Assembly: GCA_000708835.1 (NCBI GenBank)
Contig: DF237003.1
Span: 108,524 to 172,523, forward strand
DNA from: Klebsormidium nitens
Lineage: Eukaryota > Plantae > Klebsormidiophyceae
Reading direction: 5' to 3'
DNA: 64,000 nucleotides
The notes below the pieces were generated by a model. It did not search any database, had not been told where the DNA came from, and saw only the letters and a program-made list of their open reading frames with translations. The translations under genes and the position numbers were made by a program. This document shows positions 24,045-36,000 of the stretch, piece by piece. Each line of letters begins with the position of its first letter. The first letter of the stretch is position 1.

Positions 24045-27000
24045 ATGGCTTCAGACCATCGAAGGTAAGCGCACAACCAATCCCTGCACCACCGCAATCA
24101 GACAGCCAAACTGTATATGCTGCAAGCTTTGCGGGAGTGAAGTGTCGTGAGAGTGTTTGATATCTTAAAGCAGCTCTTTTTCCCCCAACAACAGTCAACT
24201 CTGACATCTTAACGAGCTGACTACTTCATGAACGCTGACTCCTTGTAACTTGTAAGCTGATGCAGAGATGTAGCTGAGTATGCCAAATCCGCTCGCTCTG
24301 CCTGCAAAGGCTGCGGAAACAAAATAGAGAGGGACATCCTGCGAGTGGGGCGCGTCAGCAAAGGGGACGGCGGGTTTGATGTTACAAAGTGGTGAGCCTG
24401 TTCCCTTATTTCTTACCTCTTTCTTACTCCAGATTGACATTTGGGGTGGAATCTACATTTCTGGAGTAAGGGGATCCCCTTAAAAAGGCAGATGGACAGC
24501 CCCCACATCAGCCCATAGAGGTTGACACCTGCATGAGGATCAAGTGGATAAGATTGTTGGCTGTCTCTCTGCAGGTATCATGGCAAGTGCTTCTTCGACA
24601 GTGTGTCTCCTTTACCTGAACCAGAGAAGGTTGTGGGATTTGGCGCCCTTAAGTTGAGTGACGTTGATAGGCGATCTCAACTTTTCTCTAAGATGACTCG
24701 ATTCACTTACGCGTCTGCTCCCCCAAGTGATCAGAGGAATAAGAGGTATTGTGACCTTCGTGGCAATCTGAGATGACGCTCTGATTATTCTACGATCTTG
24801 GCTGCGAGCTCTGCCAGAGACACTCCCGACTTGTAAATGTGCCCCTTCCGAGTTCCTCTTCAAACACTCCACGCGCAAGGTCCCTTGCTGAGAAGGAGAC
24901 CTTGAATTCCACTTGTGTTCCTACACCTTCCTTCCATCGTTTCCCCTCTTCGTCGCTTCCTCATCTGCCTGGCAACTGTCTCCCTCTATGGCAATCTTCC
25001 TCTCCCGACTCTTTACAGGCCTCCGACCAAGCTCTCCTCCGAAACCTGGCCGTCACCCCCCCTGAGGAGCACATTGCGAAGAAGGCGCGAGTTGAGCGGC
25101 AAGTTCCCCTGCCGGCCGCTGTGGGTCCTGCTAGAGAAGGGGAAGCCTATCCGCCCTACGGAGAGGCCAAGTCCGGGGAAGGAAAGGCAAGGGGCCGGAC
25201 TCTCGTCAGAGCTTGTACCTCTTTTAGCAGGTGTTTGGGAGTTGATCGAATCTGACGCCTGGAGGCTCTTTTGCTGCCTGGTTTGGCAAGGACAGGCTTA
25301 TGGGTTCACAGCTCTTCATTTTTGGGGAACTGGTACCAATTTGGTACCGGTTTTCCAAAAGAAAAACTGGCTGATTGTGGTGGGGTTAGTTGTGGACCTA
25401 GGGTGGGGTTGGGCGGGCTAGTGGCTGACTCTCCTACATCTACCAAAAATCGCTTGGCTTATACTTTGTCCATAGCGTTTTGAATTTGGCAGGCTCACCA
25501 CTAGTGCACTGTCAGATTCAAGAGTCGTGAAGCCATATACGCTTGTCTCTCTGGTGTCCTCTTCGGGTCGAAGGTTGTTGCTGGGCTCATCGAGTCTCTC
25601 TCCAATTTCCTCAGGCAGAGGAGTACGATGAGGAGCAGTGGCGGGCCGCAGTCGAAAAGTTCTCCCACGACAAGCTGGCGTCTTCTTACAAAGTGAGGCG
25701 GCCACTCGACTCTGCCAAAGCAGATGTCGACCGCTTCAGTCTCTTCTTGTCTGGGGACTCTGCCTCGAACGAAGAATTTGTTGAGAATGAGCAGGAATCA
25801 TCGGGGTCTGCCCAGTGTGTCTCAAGAAGGGAGGCTGCTCGTGAGCGCACCAGCTTGGGTCGAGGAGGAGCAAGAATAGAGGGTGCTGCAATACGTGCTT
25901 CCTGCACGTTTGTTGTAAATCGGGAGCGCCATTGGTTGGTCCTCAATGACAGATTGCAAATTTTATCAATCTGCAGCCCGTTTTCCAGTCTCGATCAAAG
26001 CCTCAGATATTTGACGAAAGGAGGCCGATTTTCGTTTTCTCACAATTTCCTCTCATGGCCAGGGGTCCAGGCTGCCGGACAGGTGGAAAGCGTTCGAGAC
26101 CGTAATCATAGGGCAGGCAAGTTCTCCATTCTGCCGCAGATTTCTAAGAATTCGGCTTCCTTCAGCGCTCTTTATGCTTGTCATTACCTCCGCCATTGGC
26201 ATGCTCAGTCAGAACGGCAATCTGTACTCATTATCGCAATGCTATTCGGGTCTTCAGCTCAACTTGATTGTTCATTCGTAGTCTGGTGGAGATGGCCCAT
26301 TGCACCTGATGGCCGCCACAATCGCATGTCATGCTTGCACTCCGCTTGGTTGCCTGCAGCCGAGAAGCCCCGATCTCGCACTTACTGAAGCTCCCCTTCC
26401 AGTCGGTTATATAAGAACTCCACGTTTCTTGTCTGAGAATCTGCTCGTGACATTCCTTCAGCAGTAACCCGCTTCCCGGAGTTCTCTTTCTAGTATGGCG
26501 TGACATTCTTGCATGCAGAGACTCTTATCAATCTTTGTGGCCCTCTAGTGCTCTCAAGATTGTCATTGGTGACCCTTCTCGTCCGCCCGAAATACGATGA
26601 TTCTCGGTCCCCTTATAAGGGCCTCGTATCAGAGGAACCACTTATCCCTGACAACCCTAACCAGCAAACTTTACCCGCTCCGAACCCAGACCCTCAAAGG
26701 TATTCTTCCCGTCCCAGGCAGTGGGCGTTCGATTGTGTGGCTCCTTGGCCCTCAATATGTAAGTTCTTGAGATTTTGTCGAAAATTATTAAGATGCTTTT
26801 TGCTAGATTCGTACCAAGTAACCACTTATTCTTCGTCTCTCTTACCTTCTTCCGCAGTTGGGCGATCTGCGTACGTCCGAGAAGGTGGCTGCGTTCGACT
26901 TCGACGGCACTCTAGCCAACACGGCAGTGCGGCGGCACGGCGCGGACGCTTGGTCCCTCATGTTCCCCACGATACCCCAAAAACTGCAGCAGTTGCACGA

Positions 27001-28781
27001 CGACGGGTTTCGAATAGTGAGCGACGTCTTTAACCCTTTTCGATATTTCCTAGTCGAGTCGGACCGTCTTCTTAAGCGAGCTGCTCTTGTGCTCTCTTCG
27101 TAGCTTTCAGGCTTCTTTCGACATTGAGCCGCCATCAGGTAAAGATGAAACGAGGATGTGCTTGTATAGAAGATTTGAAGTCTGTTAGTTCTGGTTGTGT
27201 CGATCATATGCTGCCAGCAGAATCTTAATACGTTGTTGTTTGGCGTTTGGGCGGGATTCATCCACAGCTCATGTCGGAAGCTCTTTAAAGAACTTCGTTT
27301 TCTGTCTCGTCAAAAAAATTGGTGTACAGACAGCTACCATTGTAAGAGTACACTGCATGGTATGCTGTTGGTAAATTATGCGCTTTCATCTGGCAGGTTC
27401 TGTTTACAAACGAGTCAAATATCGATCGGTGGGTTAACAGCCGTCAAAAAGCGATTGACTCCAAGATCGGACGGCTGGAGGGGCTGCACAAGAAGTGCGG
27501 CGTGCCGATGCTGGTGAGACCCTCTCTCTCAGATGCATTCTGCAGAACCGCCCTGTATCGGACAGGTTCAAGGTTGCAAGTTCTGGACAGGCGCTCGGTT
27601 GGTATCTGTAGTTCAATACCCTACGAATTGCACGTTTTCAGAGAATTACTGTCAATGGATCCGACCACGACGATATGATGGGAAAAGCAGGGGTTGAAAA
27701 AGCACCCCATTGAGTCTGCTTAACTGCCCCTGGTTTTCTTTGTGGGTTTGCCCATGCGGGGCACCTCACTCAGCTTGGAGCCTTGTATACCGAAAGTGGA
27801 ACATAAATTCCTTCTAGTGTCCCTTTTATAAGGCACGGTGCTTTAACGGACGTACCGACAGGTATTCATCGCGTGCGGCAAGAGCGGCACCCGAGACGCC
27901 TGCCGGAAACCCTGCCGCGGGATGTGGGACGTCTTCCTACAGGGGTTCAGCGAAGGAACACCGGTCGACATGACCACGTGAGACCCGATTCTCGACACAA
28001 TTCAAGCTTAACGGGTTCCTTCTTGGCCTCAAAAATGTGAGCGGGCTCAATGGCAATCTCGTTCTGCAACAGTTCCAATTCAAAACTCATACTCACTTGA
28101 ATCTGAGAATCTCAAACTTTCTGGTACCGCGCTCGAGGAAAATTATTGACTGCTCGACGGTTGTCTACAGATCGCTTCGTCTGCTTCGTCGAGCTTTCAA
28201 GCGAGCGTTCAGCACTGCTTTTCATAATCAAGGGACCGCACAGCTCTTATGAGGGAAGCGTTACGAAGCCCCCGCCCCGCAATTGAAATCGTGCTTTTGT
28301 AGCGATCACGCGGCTTGAACTTCCTTCCCACCGTTCGCTCGGTGGCTTCTTGCCCTTCTACTTTTCAACCCCAAATTCTGCCTTTCTTCGCAGATCGTTT
28401 TACGTCGGCGATGCGGGAGGGAGGAAAGGCGACTTTAGTGCGGCGGACGCAGGGTTTGCACGAGTGAGCTTTGCAGCGTCTATATCGATTTCTTTCGTTT
28501 CTATATGATTGACATGGTGGTTGTCTACTTATCGCTGTTCCCGATTCTACTATATGCACACGTAGAGATGGTCAGATAAGCCGGAATGTTTGTCTTGTCA
28601 GCTTAAATCTGCAGAGGGTAATCCTTTGTGCTCGGTTCTTGTTGTGTTCGCGCCAGGAGCCTTGGTTTGAAGCCGCAGACTTGAAATGCTTCGTTGCCAT
28701 CATTTTCGTAACATGTCACAATCGATTGCTCTGCAGGCGGTTGGTCTAAAGTTCCTGTTCCCAGAGGAGTTCTTCCGATGA
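24045..28781 (+). CDS. ZDP: Zinc-finger DNA 3'-phosphatase / polynucleotide 3'-phosphatase (ZDP-like), 11 exons
   Basis: PARP-type zinc finger AEYAKSARSACKGCGNKIERDILRVG...WYHGKCF. HAD phosphatase motifs KVAAFDFDGTL, VLFTNESNIDRW, RKPCRGMW, SFYVGDAGGRKGDFS, GLKFLFPEEFF. Exons ~24045-24064, 24266-24391, 24575-24653, 25019-25186, 25615-25692, 26063-26116, 26858-27016, 27397-27513, 27862-27977, 28394-28463, 28737-28781. Confidence 0.9.
26600..26774. repeat. Hairpin family copy 5 (degenerate) in a ZDP intron
   Basis: Core 26655-26716 CCCTAACCAGCAAACTTTACCCGCTCCGAACCC...CCCGTCCCAG. Patchy inverted arms: ATTCTC/AATCTC, AGGGCC/AGGGCC, GAGGAACCAC/AAGGAGCCAC. Confidence 0.6.
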
Positions 28782-30085
28782 CGACACGCACTGTTTGCGT
28801 GCATCTCAGAAATGGAGATGGAAGTAGGGGTTGACCCGCGCCAGTAAAAAATATATTCACGCCAAGCGACCGTACTCGGCAGACAATTGCCCATGAGGGC
28901 TGTCGCCGCCAGCTTGGCGCAACCGAACTTTCGATGTAGATCAGTTTCTATGGAGGGTGCCACAGACTCATCGCTCATTGTCGTACGGGCTGCATTTGTG
29001 ATTGACTTTGCTCACGGTCACCGTCGTCTGATGCAAACGCCTAAATGCCATGGACGTACCGCCACCATCGCATGTCAGTGTCTCAGGCAGAACAAAAGTA
29101 CACCAGAAACACATCCCGGTATGACCATGATGGGCCAACCCCGCGATCGAGCTAGAGGGCCTGAGATGTGCGCTTGCTTCGACGATTTATTCATCATGTG
29201 CGCTGCACATGGCCCGCACTTACTAATGGTATCCATGTATGACTCGTTATGCGCGCCGCGTTATCAAAGTGCATGCGCGCGAGCTAGTTCATACGGCCCG
29301 GCCGCTCGTCACCGCGTGACTGCAGCGACTCAGCCGCCGACACTGCGCGTATAGATTTGGAGCTATTCTTCAGAGACTCAACGATTATTCCTTCGCCTTG
29401 AAAGTTGTAGTCGTTCGATCATGGTCATTAAAGCCGGCCGCGAGGAGCTACGGTATGTGAACCATGCTGTCACGGTAATTCAATGACTGATCTCAAGGAG
29501 GCATGGTGGATCGTCGATGGTAGATGGGTGTAACGCGCCCCTTTCATTAGGCTGTCAATGTACAGGCTCTGCAAAAGCTACCCGCGGGTAGAAAGCTCAA
29601 ATAAGTGCTTGGGCAGTACGGACACGCTACTTCGTCTGGGACGGTTGCTACGATTCAGCAATGTTCTCTCTCTGAGCCTGCCCTCTTCTGCTCTGCTTCT
29701 TTCATCTTTCACAAGGAACAGGGCGCCCTGATCGGACTTTCTTACTGAAGTCTGGCACGTCTAGCAGTCATACTCTACATTCTGTACTGGGAAATCCAAC
29801 TGAACCGTCTATCGTAGTGCCACTCTAGCTCGTGAACGTGGATATGCCGAACGCCAACTCGCACAGCCAAATCAACCATGAGATGCTAGGAATGACTAAG
29901 TGTCTATGGAGGAAAAAATCTTTAACTGTGTCCATCCTGCTCAGCTCAACGGGTCTCGGCCCCCAAACACCTCCCTTAACCCTGGTTAGTCATCCGGTTT
30001 CCGTGGAAAGCACCTACTCGCATACACTACCCGTGACTTGATGCAAGCACTCAATGGCTGATTCTGCAAAAAGAACACTGTGCTG

Positions 30086-33000
30086 TCAGGTGAGAACCGT
30101 GCCAGAGATGATCCTCCACCCCGCCCCTCGAATGAACCTCAGCTCGTACTTGGCCCGGTACTCCTCTTCGTAGCTGTCGATCGCCTGCTGGGATGCGTCG
30201 AACTCCGTTGCTCGCTCCTGCGAACATGAAGCGTCTGGTTTGTTGAATGTATCTCTCATCGCTTAGGCCTTCCAATTAATCACTTTCGCTGTGCGTGATT
30301 TTTAAGGGCGACAGACACACATGCTGATCAAGTGACACCCGCCCAGGTCGAAGAAGGATACTGTGAATCACTTTACGGTTTTGACACTGATTCAAGATAG
30401 CCTGGTCCGGTTACAGCCCACGTATATTGCGTACTCTTTGTGGACTACCGGACGATGTCGGACGGCAGAAAGGATAATCTCCGGACTCGGTGCATTTGGC
30501 AGTACTTTTCGCCGCTCTCCCTATTCCAATCCTGGCAACGTGATTGACGACAAGAGCTTCTACTCAAAACCTGAGGCAAACCAGATTTTATCTCCTGCCC
30601 AGGTCGAAAAGCAACGGAATCACGTCGAACTTCTGGTAACACCAAAAGTGCGGCATCGCTCGCCGTGTCTCAAGAAGGAAGGTCCTCGGAAGGGTTGTAA
30701 AGAAGCAGCTCACAATCAGATTTTACCATCTACCTGGAACTTGTTTCTTGTCTTGGCAACACAAAGATGGACAGAGATACTCAACGCCCGACTCAAACCA
30801 TAATCCCATGAGTTAGGTCAAAGCGCTAACCTGGAGCGTAACCCCAACCACGGCCTCCCTGCCCCGGTTGCTGACTTGCACACTCTCCACGTTGATTCCC
30901 CGCAGATCGTAATCCCACCGTTTCCCAGTTTTGCTGAAATCCCGCGCCCTTGCGGTCCATTCCGCGAGCATCGCGCCGTCTAACACATCCCTTAACCCGG
31001 AAATGTCTCCGCGGCGCCCGAGCGCTCCCGCTTTGGCCTTCTGCCACCGCCTTATGATGCCCTCCGCCAATACGCTATCCATCGGGGGCATCCGTATATC
31101 GACGTCCGGAGGGGTCATTGGCAAAGGTTTCGGAACGATCTGCTGTTGAGCGAGTTTAGGTAAGGGGGCGACGGTTTTGGCAGTAACGGGGGTTTGCAGA
31201 AGCTGGTTAGCGGCGGGTTTCCGTGAGGGTTTGAGAACGGCGGAGGCGATCGCGGCCACCAAAAGCGCGCCGCCCACCAAGATAACCACGTTGCTGCGGT
31301 TTTGGTATACCGGGTCAACCGGCTTGGGTTTGCTTGACACTGCCCCGTTATCCTCAACGCCCACGCCTGCCACGTCACCCCCTTCTGCCCCCCTCTCGAT
31401 CAAAAATCCGACCGTTGGTTCCGACTCCAAAGCTCCTGACGTTTCAGTGCCATCCATTTCGTCGCCAGTTTTGGCCGCCGTAAATTCGGCAAACCCATCG
31501 CTTCCCCTCGCCAAAAATCTCTCAAGGTCCAAATCCTTCAGCTTTCCGGTCGCTGGGATGCCCCTCGGCAGCTGCTCCGGGGGGGCCAAAAACGGCGGCC
31601 CTTGTGCCATACCGACCCCCCCGTTGCTGAAGTCTTCCCTTTCCTGGTCAATAGCTTCGGAACTCACCGAACCCCGACTCTGCTTCGCAACGTCGACTCC
31701 CAAGCTTTGATTATCCGATCTCATCCCCACTTCCCTCGTTTCGCTCCGCCCATCTAGTACGTTTGCCCCCCGCCACGTCTCCTCGACCGTATCGTTACCG
31801 CTCGCCGCTACCGTTACCGCGCTGGCCCTGTCTTTCAGCCCCGCCGCTAGCCCCTCCACACTCCGCCCGATCCACTTTATCGTTCGAATCGGTAAGCTCG
31901 CTATTCTCGCGGCAAGCCTCACCCCCCCTCGGATCGCTTTCCCAAACGCGAGCAGAATCGAACCCTGTTGCAGCTTCTCCAGATAGCCCTTCACGTGGGG
32001 GTCTTCGAAGTAGGGGATAATGGCGGAGTTGATTTGCGAGGCCTCTCGGTACGAAGTCAACAGGGCTTCCTTGAGCCAGCGCTCGAGAAGGGAGCAGAGA
32101 CCGGGGAGGAGGTCGGGGGACGATTCTGAGTGAGCGTAGACATAGTCGGCGATGTCGAGGCTACCTGACAAGGACAGATTGTGAGAAAGTGAAGATCAGA
32201 TTCCCAATCGTGTCTTTTCTATGAAAAGCCTCTCCGAGGCATCTCAAGTCCCCATACTGAGCCGTTGTGAGTGGAGGCTGCAAAAGTCGGTGGTCTCTTG
32301 AAGGTTTGACGGCGGTCGTAAGTCGGCAATGTCGAGGCTACCTGGCATGACAAGACAGTAGAATAAGATGAACAGCGGGTAACCCGTTCTCATAAAGGCC
32401 TCGCCGCCGCTTGCTAAAGCTTTGGTTGAAGCTATCTTCGGGGTAGCGTAGTTCGCGATGTCGAGGCTACCTGACACAACGAGAGGTGAGAGGAGCTCTT
32501 TACCATAGCCCTGGCATGACGAAAGATCAGAAGTCCGCTAGTGTTGCATTACCTCGTAAGGTTTCGCAAGCGAATGCTAATCCCACGGAATTTGCTTTCT
32601 TGACGAACACAAAGGGCACGTGGTTTTGGGCAGACTGCTGTATGGGTGGTCATGATTCTTGTGAATGACGTGGCCAACTCACGGAAAATAGCAACGGCCC
32701 TACACGTCTGAACTTTCATGGTAAAAAAGAAGCAAGCTTTCATTACATCAGGTGATCCAAATTGTTTAGACGACCAACGATGTTCCAAACAAAGAGTGCC
32801 CCTCGCACCCAACACACGAGCAATAGAAACAGGCCCACATATGCTTGAAACCCACTCACAAAATCAAACAGCTCTGACAAACCGACCTGCCCCAAACCAT
32901 TCAACATAACTCCGCACACATCAAACCAAACCAAGCTTGGTTAATCCGCTTGCTCCCAAACCGTTGAGCGTACCTCCAGAAATAAGAAGTCGAATAAGGA

Positions 33001-36000
33001 GTGCCCACCTGTCGGGGGGGTCGTGTTCAGCCCCAGGTGCGCCCTAGCGTCGTCCACGTGGCCGAGCAGGAGGCAGCACATGGCGCGCTCAAGTGCCACG
33101 TCAATTCGTTGAGCGTCCGCGGAGTCGGGGTCCTGCTGCAGCTCGCGCGCCAGTTTGGACAGAATCCCGTCCGCGTCCTGTCCGGAAATAGAGCGGAACA
33201 GATTCGTTAAAAACGGGAAGAACGGAAGAGACATGTGAGATGGAGCATTGCAAATAAATTCTAGTTGGAAATATAGTGGTCCTGCTGCAGCTCGCGCGCC
33301 AGTTAGACAGAACGGCGTCCGCATCCTGGCCGGAAACGGAACAACGGAAAAGACTTGCGAGAAACGGAAGAATGGAAGAGACCTGTGGGTTGAGCTTTTA
33401 AAACTGGATTCTGCAGTTCGGACAAATTTGCGTCCGCATCCTGGCTGTGGCGAAATCAAAGGGTATACAGTTCGAGAGTTTGGCGGATCTTTCGGGGACG
33501 AAGACAGATTGTGAAATCTTTCCTGAGGCCGATCCTTAGCGGAAAGAGCCGCCTTCTCTCCAACCTCTCCCGCGCTTCAAAAACACCTAGAAACAAGTAA
33601 CTCGATGACTTCTGAGATCCCTGGTACGTCAGATCTGACGTCTAGCCGCGTGCCATTTCGCGAGGCACCCACAGTCGGAGACATACTCGGCCTGACGTCA
33701 CAGTCCGCAAAGACGACAGTCAGATGAGCGTCTCGCCGGATGGATCGTGACCAGATGCTGACGTCAGCATGACGTCGGGGGCGCTTACCTCCACGAGCTC
33801 GGGCTTTCGCTCCATGAAGCCTTGCGCGATGTGTGCACGTGCGGCCGCTAGGAGCTCTGGGAAGGTGGGGGGGGGTCGGACGGCCGGTCCTTGTACAGAA
33901 CCACCTGAAAAAGGCGTCAAAAAAACCGGTCAAGGTAATTCCGTTAGAAAATTCTATTAGCCTTAATTCCTTGAGAAACCCATAAAGCCATAACCTCAAG
34001 AATGTTAATCAAGAACTTTTGGTAAAGAAATGGCGCGGGTGTGACCAGTGAAAGCAGAACACCACACGCTGAGTTTTCAGCTTACGGGGCTTCGATTCCA
34101 ACTACAGGCAGCAGGTTTACGAAGCCTGAAATTCATGCGGCGTGTGACCTTGATGGGCGAAGCGGACGGCAAGACCGTCCACCTTAAGACGAGGTCAGAT
34201 AGCACGAGGACCGGGTCACAACGAAACGCAGATTGTCTTCGGCCAGACCGGGAGGTTGAGTAAGGCTACTCAGGATTCCAGTCAGACAGACCTCGAACTC
34301 CAGTCGGCAGGTCCGTTCAGCGAAAGAAGTAGCCCAGAAACCACAGCCCACGCAGAACTATAGGTTAACACTTGAAAGTGCAAAGCCGTAAATGCGAAGT
34401 CGATTAAGCCCTCAAACGCCCGGGCTTGGCCCCATGTTTCTTGTGGCCGTCAGGTACTCTCACGCGCTTCGACGACAATCTATCTCGAAGCGAAAAGCTT
34501 CATCATTTCCAAAACTTGAATTCACGCTCGTGGATCAACATTATTCACCGGAAGATCCAAACTCAAACCGAGAGGCAGCCGCCATCTCGTACCTGCTCCG
34601 CGGCTGTCATCCGCGCGAACGCCGCCTCGGCGAAGTCCGCGCGCGACATGACGTCAGGGTGACGCCAGCGGCTCTCGGGCTCGGCCATCGCGGCGAGCAG
34701 CTCGCGCACCCCCGTGAGGCCCTCTTTCCGCGCGGGCGCGTGCGCGGGGTCTAGGGGTTTGTCCAGTAAGTCGAGGACGCAATAGGGGGCGAGGCTCGCG
34801 AGGGACGTGTCGATGCGCTCTTGGAGCTCAACGGCAAAGCCCTTGCCGCCTTCCTCCTGAAAGGGAAAGGAGTGGGGAGTGAAAAGGGGGTAAAACACGG
34901 GTTTGAGTTTTGTTGGTGGAGACGAAGTCAAATTGCTATGTGAGCATTCTGCAGCTCGACGGCGAAGCCCTTGCCGCCTTCCTTCTGAAAGGGAAAGGAG
35001 TGGGGAATGAAACGGGGGTAAAACACGGGTTTTATTCAAATTGGCGTACACGAAACTACCATGCGCATTGTGCATCTCGACGGCAAAGCCCTTGCCGCCT
35101 TCCTCCTGAAAAGGAAGAGGGTGGATCTTGGTAAGGGGGAGTTGAGGTTGTATTCTGGAAGCGTATACTTGCGAAGGTTTGACATGGAGCTTTAAACTTT
35201 AAGGGTTGCGGTTAAGGTTGGGTTGAGGCGTTCCCTAAGGGAGTGTTGGAAAGGGTTCCGTGCGGGGGACCATCTCGGAGGAGGTTTCGGGAGCTGAGGT
35301 GGGAAAGTTACAGGAGCTCTTTCTCGGGCACCTTAAAATCGCATCCAAGATGTTGCACGGCCAGTCTGCAGTTCATATCGTGCGAACATTACGGAAGTCG
35401 ACGATATACCATTCTTCCCCGCCTTTGTGACAACTATCGAACACTCCGTCGAAAAAAGACATCTTAGGTGCGAGGTTAACGGCCCGAGTTTGGGGCGGAC
35501 CCAGAAGGCTGAGACCAGTCTGGATGTTGAAAGCTGGTTTGAAGCGGACAGAATGAGGAGCGTATGAAGAATTGAGGGTATTCGGAGTGGAAAAAACACC
35601 AGGAGTTGCTTGAGAGTGGACGACCGTATTTTAGAGCGGAGGAAGGCGGGAATGAGGGGATCTTAAACAGTTCTGTGAATCCACGGGTTGACAAGATAGA
35701 AAAAGAACGGTGCCTCACATCATTGTCATCCGAACGAATCATCGTCAAGCACTGCACGATCTTTTCAGGAGCCAATGAATTTCGAGGGCGACTCGAAGCA
35801 TTACGGTGCATCGATTCCATGCACGAAAGCTATCGTTCTATGTCGTGGTCGAAGACACATTCGTTTCCTTCAAAGGCCGAATCAGAGGTAGGTGGAACAC
35901 TGAGATCCGCCAAAGCATTCAATCCGAACATTCTCGAGCCATCAAGTGCATAATCCTTCTGTATTCACCCGTCTGACGGTATTTTCGACCCAGCACTACG

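Noticed and set aside
25376-25430. Further copy of the G-rich hairpin core
   Set aside because: Only ~35 bp of low-complexity similarity, lacking the GGTGCGGAGCGGGTG block and the arms.
31177-31710. 177-aa plus-strand ORF
   Set aside because: Antisense to the large ARC6 exon.
33620-33785. GACGTC-centred 14-bp palindromes as a distinct element
   Set aside because: Short and degenerate; GACGTC words are common throughout the window.
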